A stretch of 64,000 nucleotides of DNA from Acidobacteriota bacterium (GTDB lineage: Bacteria; Acidobacteriota; Terriglobia; Bryobacterales; Bryobacteraceae). This document shows, piece after piece, positions 1 through 9,856 of this stretch. Where the stretch lies: positions 3,053 through 67,052 of the forward strand of contig JAPKYX010000193.1 of assembly GCA_026394075.1 (NCBI GenBank), in the 5' to 3' direction. Below the pieces are notes generated by a model. That model was not told the origin of the DNA. It made no database searches and saw nothing but the letters and a program-made list of their open reading frames with translations. The translations under genes were made by a program, and so were the position numbers. Position 1 is the stretch's first letter. Every line of letters begins with the position of its first letter.

Positions 1-1
1 G

Positions 2-139
2 GCTTCGATCGCCGCCAATACGGCTGTCGATTTCAGTGCCTCCGTGGGCCTGCCGCCGAAGCCCAATACGGCCTCCGCGCCGCTGCCGCCGTTCACCGCG
101 AACTTGGAGTTTGAAACCAAGGTGGAGGTCTCCGCATGA
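2..139 (+). CDS. 3' end of an upstream gene of the contractile-injection operon (partial, family not assignable)
   Basis: Frame is open from the window edge with G/C-rich third positions. Stop TGA 137-139 overlaps the ATG at 136 (ATGA coupling). Tail reads ...PPFTANLEFETKVEVSA. Confidence 0.4.
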   Translation, partial: ASIAANTAVDFSASVGLPPKPNTASAPLPPFTANLEFETKVEVSA

Positions 140-522
140 CGTTCCGTCACTTGGGGCTCGGCTGGCCGTTTCCGCCCTCGCCCGATCCGCGCACCGGGGC
201 CCTGGCCGATGTCGAAGGCCCGGACCGCGTCCGGCAAGCGATCCGCATCATTCTCGAAACCGAGCCCGGCGAGCGTCTGATGCGCCCCAGCTTCGGCTGT
301 GGCCTGCGCCGCTATCTGATGAAACCCAACACCACTGCCACGCGCGCCTTAATCGAGCATGATGTCGAAACCGCGCTTTCGGTGTGGGAACCCCGTATCC
401 GCCTGCAATCGGTGAGTGTCGAACCCGGTGATGATCCTTCCCTGGTGCTGATCTCGATTGCCTACCTGGACGCCCGCACGCGGCGTCCTGACAACCTGGT
501 CTACCCGTTCTACCTGGAGTAA
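136..522 (+). CDS. GPW/gp25-family baseplate wedge protein (Afp9/Cis9-like)
   Basis: 128 aa. Shows the hallmark gp25 pattern VRQAIRIILETEPGERLMRPSFGCGLRRYLMKP...VWEPRIRL. Coupled to both neighbouring genes. Confidence 0.9.
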   Translation: MTFRHLGLGWPFPPSPDPRTGALADVEGPDRVRQAIRIILETEPGERLMRPSFGCGLRRYLMKPNTTATRALIEHDVETALSVWEPRIRLQSVSVEPGDDPSLVLISIAYLDARTRRPDNLVYPFYLE

Positions 523-526
523 GCAC

Positions 527-2710
527 GTGCCGATCCCGAGCCCTATTCTCGATGACCGCTCCTACCAGCAGCTCCGCGATGAGCTGGTGCGGAGAATTCC
601 GGTCTATACGCCGGAGTGGACCGACCACAACCCATCGGACCCGGGCATCACCCTGCTCGAACTGGTCGCCTTCCTGGGCGAGAACCTGCTCTATCGCTTC
701 AATCAGATTCCGGAAGCGACGCTGTCCGCCTACCTCAAACTGCTCCAGATCCCGCTCCGGCCCGCCGTGCCCGCCCGGGCAATGCTGGGCCTCACCACGG
801 ATTCGCTGACGGGTCCGCTGATCGCGCTCGGGACGGAGGCCAAGGCGGGCGCGGTCCCCTATGAAACGCTCACCGAATGTCGCGCCTGGCCCGTGCGGTC
901 GATCGCCGTGGCCAAGGCGCGCTCACTGAAGACCCCCAACGCCGTCTCTGAGCCGCAGGTGTACGCGTTTGCCGAACGAGCACTCGACGCCCTCACCGCC
1001 ACCGGCCGCTACCCGCAAGGGGTTGCCGCTACCTACTACGAGAACCAGACCGTGCCGGATAGCCCGGATGGCCTGCCGGTTGATTTTTCCGCCACCGTGG
1101 ATGGTCTGGTGTGGGTGGCCATCGTCGCGGGCGACAAGGTGAAAACCGCCGCTGACCGCGAGACGCTGCGCGACAACTTCCGGGAAGCAATTCTGAATCT
1201 GGGCTTCGTGCCCGATGCGGGCGTCCCCACCATGAATCAGGTGCCGCCCTGCTCCGGTGGATCGGGCACCCCGGCACCGGCCGTTGAATGGGAGATCTCG
1301 TCCGGGCAAATGCTGAACGGCGCACCCCGCTATGCCCGCCTCACCGTAGCCGGAGATTCAACCCGCGGCCTGACGCAACAAGGTGTCGTGCGGCTGAAGC
1401 TCCCGCAAGAGAAGGCCGCCTTTGGGCCGTTCGTCGTCGCGGATGAGGATCTGGCCGGCACCGGCGACCTGCCACCGTCGCTGGATGATGAGACCGCGGC
1501 GAAGGTGCTCTTCTGGCTGCGGGCCTACCGGGTGGACGGCACGCGACCCGGAGCCGTCCAGTTGCTGTTGGCTAATGCGACCGAAGTCAGCCAGACGCGC
1601 AAGGCACTGCCGGAGTTCCTGGGCACGGGCACCGCACAACCGGCTCAGCGTTACCGGCTGGTGCACAGGCAGGTGATGGAAGCCAGCCTGGTGGTTGAGG
1701 TGGAAGAGAATCCCGGCCAGTGGTCGCGCTGGGAGGCGGTGGACACCTTTGATGCCTCAGCCCCGGATGACCGCCACTACATCGTCGATCTGGAGGCGGG
1801 CGAAGTGCGTTTCGGTACCGGCTTGAAGGGGCTGGCACCGCAAATCGGCCAACGGATCCGGGCCACCGAGTATCGCTACGGCGGTGGTGCCGCGGGCAAC
1901 GTCGGCCCCAAGGCCATCAGCAAGCTGGTCACGGCCGAGGCGGTGAAGTGCGCCAACCCGCTGCCCGCGCGCTTTGGTGCCGATGCCGAATCCCTTGCCG
2001 CCGGACTGGAACGGATTCCGGGCGAACTCCGCCGTCACGACCGCGCCGTTACGCGGGATGACTTTTCCGAACTGGCTCGCGCGACACCGGGGGCGGCCGT
2101 GGGCCGCGCGGAATCACTGCCGCGCTTCTTCCCCGCCTTGCCCCAGCAGGAAGCCGCCGGGGTGGTCAGCGTGGTGGTTTGGCCCACGGCCGACCCGCTG
2201 CATCCCAGTGCACCGCTGCCGGACCGTAATCTGCTCCGCGCTGTTTGTGAATACCTGGACCAGCGCCGCCTGGTGACGACGGAGCTCTACGTGATCCCGC
2301 CCACCTACCGCAAGGTAGCGGTGTCCGTGGGCTTGGGCGTCAAGCCCGGTTACGGCGCCGAAGCGGTCCGCCGTTGGGTGGAGCAGATCATCCGCCAGTA
2401 CCTGGCTCCGCTGCCGCCGTTCGGCCCAGCCGGTGCCGGCTACCCGCTGGGCCGCCGCGTCTACGGCCCGGAGTTGGAGGCTGTGGCCCTGCAGGTGGAA
2501 GGTGTGGAGTTTGTCGAGACTCTCCAGGTGGCCAGTTGGAATGGCGTCAACTGGGTGCCGGGCACGGTGGAACTGAACAAGTGGGAGGTTCCGGAACTGA
2601 CCGAAATCACGGTGGTGGAGGGCACGCCGCCGCCGGTGGGTACGGCGCTGAAGCCCGCGCCGCCGGTCGGCGCTCCGGTGCCTGTACCTGTGTTGCGAGA
2701 CCAATGCTAA
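527..2710 (+). CDS. Baseplate J-like protein (gp6/Afp11/Cis11-like)
   Basis: GTG at 527 lies 4 nt after the gp25 stop. The N-terminus YTPEWTDHNPSDPGITLLELVAFLGENLLYRFNQIPEA is the conserved opening of Baseplate_J-type proteins. 727 aa. The ORF-track start at 458 would overlap gp25. Confidence 0.85.
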   Translation: MPIPSPILDDRSYQQLRDELVRRIPVYTPEWTDHNPSDPGITLLELVAFLGENLLYRFNQIPEATLSAYLKLLQIPLRPAVPARAMLGLTTDSLTGPLIALGTEAKAGAVPYETLTECRAWPVRSIAVAKARSLKTPNAVSEPQVYAFAERALDALTATGRYPQGVAATYYENQTVPDSPDGLPVDFSATVDGLVWVAIVAGDKVKTAADRETLRDNFREAILNLGFVPDAGVPTMNQVPPCSGGSGTPAPAVEWEISSGQMLNGAPRYARLTVAGDSTRGLTQQGVVRLKLPQEKAAFGPFVVADEDLAGTGDLPPSLDDETAAKVLFWLRAYRVDGTRPGAVQLLLANATEVSQTRKALPEFLGTGTAQPAQRYRLVHRQVMEASLVVEVEENPGQWSRWEAVDTFDASAPDDRHYIVDLEAGEVRFGTGLKGLAPQIGQRIRATEYRYGGGAAGNVGPKAISKLVTAEAVKCANPLPARFGADAESLAAGLERIPGELRRHDRAVTRDDFSELARATPGAAVGRAESLPRFFPALPQQEAAGVVSVVVWPTADPLHPSAPLPDRNLLRAVCEYLDQRRLVTTELYVIPPTYRKVAVSVGLGVKPGYGAEAVRRWVEQIIRQYLAPLPPFGPAGAGYPLGRRVYGPELEAVALQVEGVEFVETLQVASWNGVNWVPGTVELNKWEVPELTEITVVEGTPPPVGTALKPAPPVGAPVPVPVLRDQC

Positions 2711-2732
2711 TGAACTGCGAGGTTTGCTGATC

Positions 2733-4904
2733 ATGATCCGGCCCTTCCGCGCGATCCTCACCGAGGACCAGTGGCTGCGCTGCAGTCACCAGTCCACGGC
2801 GCTGGAGGAGGGGCTTGTCCAATTGGCGGAGCAGCCCGAGGTAGGGTCCGTAGCGGTCTCGACGGATGCGGTCCTTCCCGGCGCGGGTCTGGCGTTTGAC
2901 ACGCACTGCCGCCTGTTCCACAGCCTGCCGGAAAAAGGCCAGATCGAACGGGTCCTCTGGAGCCCGCCCGATCCCCTGCGCCCGCCCGGCACGCCCTTGC
3001 CCGCCAGCACGTACTTTGCCCCCGCGCCGCCGCCCGTCACGGGAGACTTTGCCGCACCGGACATCGAAGGGCCGTTCGCCTTCCCGCGCGGCCTGGCCAT
3101 CGATGAGGAAGATCGCCTGTACGTCGCCGACGCCGGTCATCGCCGTGTGCTGGTCTTTGATCTGTGGTCACAGCGTATCGTCTCAACGCTTCGGCTGGCC
3201 GCACCGCCCGTGGATCTGGTTTACTCCGGCGGTCGGGTTCTGGTGCTGACGGCTGAGGACTTGGTCGAAATCAGCGCCCAACGTGTACGCCGCACCACCC
3301 CGCTGCCGCCCGCCTACCGCCCAGCTTCCCGCCTGGCGATCAGCCCCGATGGCGAGATCTGGGTGATGGCCCAGGCGGCCACGGCTACGGCGACGGTAGG
3401 ACCGTTGGACAAGCCGGGCGAGCGATTCATTGAACCCCACGCCACTGATCTCGTTTTTGACAACGATGGGTTGCTGGTGATCGCGCGTGCCCCGGGCGAC
3501 ACCTTTGTCCGCTACCGGTTGACGGCCTCAGCCCGCGCCCGTGTGGCGTCGCTGATGGCCCGCGGCTATGATGGCCGGGGCATTGTGCTGACCCCGGACA
3601 ACCGCATCGGTTTCTGGACCGCGTCCGGCTTCCGCACGGCGGTATCCGCACGGCGCAGATATGTTCCGCAGGGCCGGGTAGTGACCTACCGATTTGATAG
3701 CGGGGAGTTCCACACCCGCTGGGGCCGCGTGTTTCTGGATGCCTGCATCCCGGAGGCCACGGCGGTCACCGTCCAGTTGATTGCCACCGACGACCCGGCG
3801 ATGGACGCTGCGATTGCACTGACGCCGCCCGCCAACATTCCGGTCGCCAACGTCCTCCATCCGGAGCTGTCGCCCCCGATGCCGGCCGGCTCGCAACTTC
3901 CCGCCGTTAACGCACCGGCTCAACCGCTGTTCCGCCGCCCCAATGGCCGCGAACTGCCGTGGACCCCCACAGCCGATGGGCGCCTGGAAACCTACGAAGC
4001 GCCGCTGGCCGGGGGACAAGGCCGGTATCTGTGGATCGTGCTCAATCTGGCGGGCGATACGCGTTCTACGCCCACTATCCAGAATGTGCGCGCTGAGTAC
4101 CCCGCGCACGAGCTGCTGAAAAAGCTCCCCAAGATCTTCTCGCAAGAACCCGCAGCCGAAGACTTTCTCCGCCGCTATCTGCAACCGATCGAAGGACTGT
4201 TGGGGCTGTGGGATGGGGCGGCGGATCAGCGGCAGGTGATCATTGATCCGCAGAGCGCTCCGGCCGAGATGTTGCCGTGGTTGGCCGGCTTTCTGGGCCT
4301 GGTGCTGGATGGCCGCTGGAGCGAACGGGCCCGCCGGGAAGCCATCGCTGACGCCGCGTGGTTGTTCCGCTACCGGGGCACCATTCCGGGGCTGCTGCGC
4401 TTCCTCGAGATCTACTTGGGATACCCGGTGCAGCTGGTGGAGCAGTACCGCCTGCGTGGTTTCGGCGGAGGCACGGTGGGCGGTGCCGGCATCATCTCCA
4501 GCTCTGTGCTCGGCTTGGGCTTTCGCGTCGGCGGAGCGATCGGCAGCGACGAAGACGCGCCGCTTGCTGGCGCCTACGCCGCCCCGGACGCGTTCCGCAC
4601 CAATGCCCATCGCTTTACGGTCTTTGTGCCCGCCACCTTGACTGAGGAGCAGACGGCCGCCGTCCGGCAGATCCTCGAAGTCCATCGCCCCGCACACACG
4701 TTGTACGAGCTCTGCACGCAGGCTTCGGGCATGCGGATTGGTCGTAGTCTCTATGTCGGCCTGACCACCGCGGTGGGCCGCCCCGCCGGGTGGCGGCCTT
4801 GGCGGCTGAACGCCACCGCCCTGGGCCGCGGCACCATTGTTGGCCGTCCGACCCGAGGCCTGGCCGTCGGCGGCACGCTGGGCGAAGGGAGCGGACTCGG
4901 ATGA
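2733..4904 (+). CDS. Phage tail protein I-like baseplate protein (Afp12/Cis12-like) with N-terminal NHL-like extension
   Basis: The C-terminal block WSERARREAIADAAWLFRYRGTIPGLLRFLEIYLG...HRFTVFVP...ILEVHRPAHTLYEL matches the phage tail protein (gpI/TIGR02242-type) domain. ATG 2733 has GAGG 11 nt upstream; TTG 2724 is the alternative start. Confidence 0.8.
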   Translation: MIRPFRAILTEDQWLRCSHQSTALEEGLVQLAEQPEVGSVAVSTDAVLPGAGLAFDTHCRLFHSLPEKGQIERVLWSPPDPLRPPGTPLPASTYFAPAPPPVTGDFAAPDIEGPFAFPRGLAIDEEDRLYVADAGHRRVLVFDLWSQRIVSTLRLAAPPVDLVYSGGRVLVLTAEDLVEISAQRVRRTTPLPPAYRPASRLAISPDGEIWVMAQAATATATVGPLDKPGERFIEPHATDLVFDNDGLLVIARAPGDTFVRYRLTASARARVASLMARGYDGRGIVLTPDNRIGFWTASGFRTAVSARRRYVPQGRVVTYRFDSGEFHTRWGRVFLDACIPEATAVTVQLIATDDPAMDAAIALTPPANIPVANVLHPELSPPMPAGSQLPAVNAPAQPLFRRPNGRELPWTPTADGRLETYEAPLAGGQGRYLWIVLNLAGDTRSTPTIQNVRAEYPAHELLKKLPKIFSQEPAAEDFLRRYLQPIEGLLGLWDGAADQRQVIIDPQSAPAEMLPWLAGFLGLVLDGRWSERARREAIADAAWLFRYRGTIPGLLRFLEIYLGYPVQLVEQYRLRGFGGGTVGGAGIISSSVLGLGFRVGGAIGSDEDAPLAGAYAAPDAFRTNAHRFTVFVPATLTEEQTAAVRQILEVHRPAHTLYELCTQASGMRIGRSLYVGLTTAVGRPAGWRPWRLNATALGRGTIVGRPTRGLAVGGTLGEGSGLG

Positions 4905-6451
4905 CCCCCACAGTCCAGATCGGCCAGTTCCGCGCCCGCTACTGTCTGCCCGCGCCGGATGAGAAGCTCACTCGTCGGCTGAACGCGGCCCTGGCGCGCG
5001 TTCTGGGCGAGCCCCTGGAACGGGCACTGGAGTGGGCGGGTATCAACCCGGCGGAGCAGATCTGCATCCGTTCCTTACACGCCCCACTGCGCCTTCCCGC
5101 CCATGCCTCCGATGCCGTGATGGAAGCAGCCTGGACCGACGCCCTGGTCACGGCCATCCGCCGGGCGGCACCGGCCCATCAGGCGCCCTTGGCATCGCGC
5201 GGACGCCGGCAGACCGGCGCCCCTGACGCAGAACTCGCGGCACCTCAGCTCGAATCGGTCACGCCAGCGGAGGTTGAGACACCGCCCGACCGCAGTGCTC
5301 GACCCGAAGGCTCCCCCGACCCGGATGCTGAGCCCACTGTCGCCCGCTATCGCTCTCTGCAGGCCGCGCTGCAGGAGATGGCCCTGGCCGTCGCAGCGGG
5401 AGATCTTGCGCGCCGCTGGGCCTGGCGGCAACTGGGCCTGTGGGCCGGAGACGACCAGGACGAAAACTCCCGCGAGGCGGCCCGGCAATTGCTCCGGGCG
5501 CTGCTGGCACACCCGGCATCGATCGTCCCCATCATCGCGTTGCTGGCCCGGCGCCGGTTGCTGGGGCAGTGGGCGCACTCGCTGCTGGCTGCTGAATGGC
5601 ACCAACTGGCCGCTCGCGCGCTGGGGGAAGGGCATGGCTCAGCCGAGACACTGTTGGCCGTCATCGAGCAGCAACTGGGCGCCTGTCCGGAGAAGTTTGA
5701 GCACGCGCTGCCGCCCGGCTGGCGTCCGCTGACGGCCCGGCTGGCCTCCTTGGCCCCACAGTACGCCGATGCCTTGCGGCGGGATGCCGCCCAATTTGCG
5801 CTGCTCGCGCTTGATGAAGATCCCGCCCTGCGCCGCCTGCTGCCGCTCCTCAACATGGCCACGGACATGGCCACGGACAGGGCCACGGACATGATGACGG
5901 CACCGGCATCACCGCATTCGGCATTCGCACCGGAGCTGGAGGAGCCGTTCGATGTCCAGGGGGAAACAAGCTTCGGCGGGCTGCTCTTTCTGCTGAATGT
6001 GTTGGAGCGTTCAGGCCTGGCCGCCGACATCATCGCAGACCCTCGCCTCCACCGGCGCTCCATGCGTTGGGTGCTGCACCAGTTGGCCCAGCTGCTGGTT
6101 GGTTGTGAGCCGACTGACCCCGCCGCGCTAGCCTTTGCCGGACAGCTGCCTGGCTCCGCCCCACCATCCGTTGGTGAGGGATTGCCGGAGCCTGAGGAAG
6201 TGCCCGTGCTGGCGGCCTGGTCCGATCAACTCCAACTGGCCTTGGCCCAGGCGATGGGCGACGAAGCAGCATCTGAGCACTGGCTGGCATCAGTCACGGA
6301 ACGCTTTGCCCGCATTGACGGCGATCCAGGTTGGCTGGAAGCCCGGTTCTCTCTGCGCGACGTCTCCATCGATTTGCGCCGGGCTGGACTTGACGTGGAC
6401 CCCGGCTGGCTGGCTTGGTTGGGCTGCGTCGTGAGGTTCGTCTATGAGTAG
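4901..6451 (+). CDS. Hypothetical eCIS-associated protein (position of Afp14/Cis14 tail-length protein; function unproven)
   Basis: ATGA overlap with the stop of the preceding gene at 4901 and an 8-nt overlap with the ATPase gene. 516 aa, Ala/Leu-rich and helical-looking, with no motif I recognise. The ORF-track N-extension (4790) lies inside the previous gene. Confidence 0.7.
   Translation: MTPTVQIGQFRARYCLPAPDEKLTRRLNAALARVLGEPLERALEWAGINPAEQICIRSLHAPLRLPAHASDAVMEAAWTDALVTAIRRAAPAHQAPLASRGRRQTGAPDAELAAPQLESVTPAEVETPPDRSARPEGSPDPDAEPTVARYRSLQAALQEMALAVAAGDLARRWAWRQLGLWAGDDQDENSREAARQLLRALLAHPASIVPIIALLARRRLLGQWAHSLLAAEWHQLAARALGEGHGSAETLLAVIEQQLGACPEKFEHALPPGWRPLTARLASLAPQYADALRRDAAQFALLALDEDPALRRLLPLLNMATDMATDRATDMMTAPASPHSAFAPELEEPFDVQGETSFGGLLFLLNVLERSGLAADIIADPRLHRRSMRWVLHQLAQLLVGCEPTDPAALAFAGQLPGSAPPSVGEGLPEPEEVPVLAAWSDQLQLALAQAMGDEAASEHWLASVTERFARIDGDPGWLEARFSLRDVSIDLRRAGLDVDPGWLAWLGCVVRFVYE
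5855..5890 (+). repeat. 12-bp x3 in-frame tandem repeat (ATGGCCACGGAC; MATD-MATD-RATD)
   Basis: Read directly: atggccacggac atggccacggac agggccacggac, lying within CDS 4901-6451. Confidence 0.9.
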
Positions 6452-8444
6452 CGCCGTCGCGATCAGCCGCCATCTTCGCGCCGAAGCCGGACAGCTGGCG
6501 GGCCAATTGGGGCGCTTGCTGGAATCCGCGTTCCCCCACGTGCAGGGAACGCTGGAAGCCGGCCTCAACTTTCTCGCCCAGGCGCACGCCGCCTCGCTGG
6601 AGCCGCTGCCGCCCGCTGCGGGTCTGCCCCTGGACCGTCTGTCCCACGGCCTACGACTCGATCCCATTGACCGGCAGATCTTGCTGCTGGCGGGACTGCC
6701 AGAGGAGCACGAAGGCTTCGCCGCGATCTTCCGCAGCCTCCACCCGCGTGGTGAATCGCGACCCTCAGTGGCCTTGGCCGCCCAACTGCTGGCGCCTTCC
6801 GTTGATGAACGGGTCAGGCTCCGCCAGCGCTTGGAGACGGGCCCCCTTACGCAATCCGGCGCGGTGCAGTTGACCGGCGACGGTCCGTTTTTTGAACGCT
6901 CACTCATCTTGGCACCGGCCCTTTGGCCCGCCCTGGCCGGGATCGATGCGTGGCCCTCGCATCCGCGGCGGCTGGACCGGCGGGTCGTCCATTCGGGACT
7001 GGCGGCTTGGCTGGCGCAGGCTGACTCGATGCGGGCCCAGCGGGCACTGGAACGCCGGGAGCCGTTGACCATCATGGTGGCGGCCGAGATGCCGGATACC
7101 GCGCTCGATCGGGCACTCGCCTTGGTCGATGCCGCGGGAGCCACCGCCATCGCCATCGACTGGTCGGGTGATCCGTCCCACGAAGCGCTGCTGGCTCTGC
7201 ATGCGCTGGCGCGTGGTCACGTTCCGGTAATTCGGGTGGCGCCCGCCGAGGCCCCAGGCGCAATGCCAGCACCGGCCTTTCTGCATTTTGCGGCAACCGC
7301 CATCCTCTGCGGCCGGCCCGGCATGGTGGAAGTGCCCCATGGCCGCCCCATTCTTCCCGTTGACGCGGGTCCGCTGGAGATGGCCGCGCGCGGGCAAAGT
7401 TGGGCCCACCAGATTCCGGCGCTCGCCACGCAGGCATCGTGGCTGGCCGCGCGGTTTCCGTTGGAGCCCGCCTATGTCAGCGCCGTCGCGGGCGATCTGC
7501 GAGCCATCGAATCGTTGGACGGCCGGGCACCGACGCTGGAAGACGCCGCCGGCAGCATCCGGGCCCGCAATGCCCGGGCGCTCTCTGCCGGGGTCCGCTT
7601 GATTGTCCCCAAGGCCGGTTGGTCCAGCATTGTGCTGCCGCGCGACCGTGTGGCCCAGTTGCAGGAAGCGGTTTCCCGCCTGGAAGGGCAGATGCAAGTG
7701 CTCGACCGCTGGCGCTTCCTGGCTGACCGGACCGGCTCTCGCGGCGTCCGCATGCTGTTCGCCGGCCCGCCCGGTACCGGCAAGACGCTGGCGGCGGAAG
7801 TGGTGGCAAAAGAGCTGAAGGCGGACCTGCTACTGGTCGATATCGCCCGCGTCGTCTCCAAGTGGATTGGGGAGACGGAGCGCAATCTGGCCCAGGTGTT
7901 CGACTCCGCTGAACAGACCCGCGCCGTTCTTTTCTTCGACGAAGCCGACGCGCTGTTCGGCCGCCGCACCGAGGTCTCCGACGCGCATGACCGGTACGCC
8001 AACCTGGAAACCGCTTACCTGCTGTCGCGCCTGGAGCGCTTTGATGGGCTGGCCATCCTGGCCAGCAATCTGCGCTCTAACATCGACCCGGCTTTCATCC
8101 GGCGCTTGGAGTTCGTCGTCGATTTTCAGGACCCGGACCGTGAGGACCGCGCCAAACTCTGGAGCACCCATATCCCCTCCGGCACGCCCCTGGCCGCCGA
8201 CGTCAACCTGTACGAATTCGCGGCCTCATACCCGATCGTCGGGGCCGTGATCCGCAATGCGGCCACCGCCGCGGCTTTTCTGGCCGCGCGCGATGGCCTG
8301 CCGATTGAGCGGGCGCACTTGATCCATGCCGTGCGCCGCGAGTACGAAAAAGCGGGCCGGGCTTTCCCCGGTGAACCCGGAGGCCGGGAAGCACTGGGAC
8401 GCTTTCGGGAAACAGTTACCCGCCAACATGATCGTGAGCACTAA
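6444..8444 (+). CDS. AAA+ ATPase (Afp15/Cis15-like eCIS ATPase)
   Basis: Walker A GPPGTGKT at 7764-7787, Walker B LFFDEADAL, and the classic AAA block ...NLRSNIDPAFIRRLEFVVDF. The long non-ATPase N-domain is as in eCIS ATPases. Confidence 0.9.
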   Translation: MSSAVAISRHLRAEAGQLAGQLGRLLESAFPHVQGTLEAGLNFLAQAHAASLEPLPPAAGLPLDRLSHGLRLDPIDRQILLLAGLPEEHEGFAAIFRSLHPRGESRPSVALAAQLLAPSVDERVRLRQRLETGPLTQSGAVQLTGDGPFFERSLILAPALWPALAGIDAWPSHPRRLDRRVVHSGLAAWLAQADSMRAQRALERREPLTIMVAAEMPDTALDRALALVDAAGATAIAIDWSGDPSHEALLALHALARGHVPVIRVAPAEAPGAMPAPAFLHFAATAILCGRPGMVEVPHGRPILPVDAGPLEMAARGQSWAHQIPALATQASWLAARFPLEPAYVSAVAGDLRAIESLDGRAPTLEDAAGSIRARNARALSAGVRLIVPKAGWSSIVLPRDRVAQLQEAVSRLEGQMQVLDRWRFLADRTGSRGVRMLFAGPPGTGKTLAAEVVAKELKADLLLVDIARVVSKWIGETERNLAQVFDSAEQTRAVLFFDEADALFGRRTEVSDAHDRYANLETAYLLSRLERFDGLAILASNLRSNIDPAFIRRLEFVVDFQDPDREDRAKLWSTHIPSGTPLAADVNLYEFAASYPIVGAVIRNAATAAAFLAARDGLPIERAHLIHAVRREYEKAGRAFPGEPGGREALGRFRETVTRQHDREH

Positions 8445-8455
8445 AGGAGATTCAT

Positions 8456-9823
8456 ATGGCAACGCCGAACAACCTGCTGGAACTGGCCCAAGCGCGAGAC
8501 ACTGCCGCCGTAGCGCGGGTATCTTCCGCGCGCACAGCTTTCTCGACGGCACAGGCCGCGGTACAGGCCGCACGCACGGCTCATGAGGCTGCGGTGGCTC
8601 AGCGCGCGCAGCTGGATACGGATGTCGCGCAGATTCGGCAGGCGCTGAATGACGCTGAGACGCAGGCTGATGCCGCAGCGGCGGCGGCGGATCTGGGACG
8701 TAAGCTGGTCGCCTTGCGCGGTCAAAGCCCGGTCTTGCTGGCAACAGAGTCCAGCTTGGCGGAAGCCAACCGCGCACTTGAAGCCGCAGAGGCGGAATCC
8801 GCCGCGGCGACGGTCCAGGCGACGGCGGCCAAAGCTGATCTCGCGCAGGCCACCACCGCCTCTGCTCGGCGCCAAGGAGTGGATGACGCGCTCAGCCGCG
8901 CGCCTCTTTCCACGCTGCCCGCCACTGCCAAGAAGCTGAAGGACACGGCACCGACCAACAAGCCCTTCCGGGATGCGCGGACGCGGATTGAAGCGGACAT
9001 TCCCACCAAGTTGATTGAACGTGCCCGGGATCGCCGGGCCGCCGCGTTGGCCGCCGTGGCGAATCAAACGAAACTGGCGCAAGCCGCCGCAGAAGCTCTC
9101 AATGGTTTGGCTGCCGCGCCAGCCCGGGCCGAGCTTCAATACCTTGCCGCTGCTGAAGCGGTCTCCAGCTTTATTGCCAATGCCGCAGCCCGCGTCGATC
9201 AAGCCAAGGCCCAGCTGGCTCGCGTGGCCGATCCGCTGGAGCAACCGCTCTCGACCGCGCAGAAGGCGGCCATCACCGCCACCACGGCGAAAGGTGAACT
9301 GGCCGCGGCCGAGCAGAAGAAGGTAACCGACGCGCACAAGGCGCTCGATGCGGCACAGGCCGATCTGGCGGTGGCCGTGCTGAAGGCCAAGGTAGCGAAT
9401 CTCGACCAGGCCGCGGCCATCGATGCCAATCCGGCGGGCGATGCCACCCTGGCCCCCTTGGTGACCACCCGTGATCAGGCACTGACCGCCTTCAACAATG
9501 CGGTGGCTGCTTACACGCCCGCGATGAAGGCGGATCTGGCGGCCTGGGAAGCGTCCATTCCCGATGGTACCTGGAGCCTGCTGGCCGATTTCGAAGATGC
9601 TTCCGATACGCTCGGCACGCTGGGCGCGGCTACCCCAGCTCAATTGATCACTGACCGGACTGCGGCGGAAAAGGCCTACGTCGACGCGCTGCTGGCGGCG
9701 GACAAGGCCGCCCGGACCCGTGCGTTCGCGGCGGCGGAGCGCACTCGCCTGGAGGGTGCCCGGCAATCAGCTGTGGGCGAACAACCGCGCCGCATCCTCT
9801 CAGCTCTGCGCGGCGACAGCTAA
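8456..9823 (+). CDS. Alanine-rich coiled-coil protein, unknown function
   Basis: AAGGAG 7 nt upstream of the ATG. 455 aa, dominated by A/Q/E/L/T heptad-like stretches. The 441-aa antisense ORF is a GCN-codon shadow. Confidence 0.75.
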   Translation: MATPNNLLELAQARDTAAVARVSSARTAFSTAQAAVQAARTAHEAAVAQRAQLDTDVAQIRQALNDAETQADAAAAAADLGRKLVALRGQSPVLLATESSLAEANRALEAAEAESAAATVQATAAKADLAQATTASARRQGVDDALSRAPLSTLPATAKKLKDTAPTNKPFRDARTRIEADIPTKLIERARDRRAAALAAVANQTKLAQAAAEALNGLAAAPARAELQYLAAAEAVSSFIANAAARVDQAKAQLARVADPLEQPLSTAQKAAITATTAKGELAAAEQKKVTDAHKALDAAQADLAVAVLKAKVANLDQAAAIDANPAGDATLAPLVTTRDQALTAFNNAVAAYTPAMKADLAAWEASIPDGTWSLLADFEDASDTLGTLGAATPAQLITDRTAAEKAYVDALLAADKAARTRAFAAAERTRLEGARQSAVGEQPRRILSALRGDS

Positions 9824-9856
9824 AGCGAACAAGCCAAATTTCAAAGGAGACAAGCG

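Noticed and set aside
3528-4697. 389-aa minus-strand ORF inside the gpI-like gene. Similar shadows occur at 6290-7156, 20099-21136, 26542-27675, 28810-29988, 36073-37209, 41552-42637 and 56030-57046.
   Set aside because: All lie wholly inside genes with clear family motifs on the opposite strand or another frame. Their translations are Arg/Gly/Pro-rich with no recognisable motifs.
8441-9766. 441-aa ORF antisense to the Ala-rich coiled-coil gene
   Set aside because: It mirrors GCN-rich codons and has an Arg/Gly/Leu-rich, low-information translation with no ribosome-binding site. The + strand gene has AAGGAG at ideal spacing and fits the operon.
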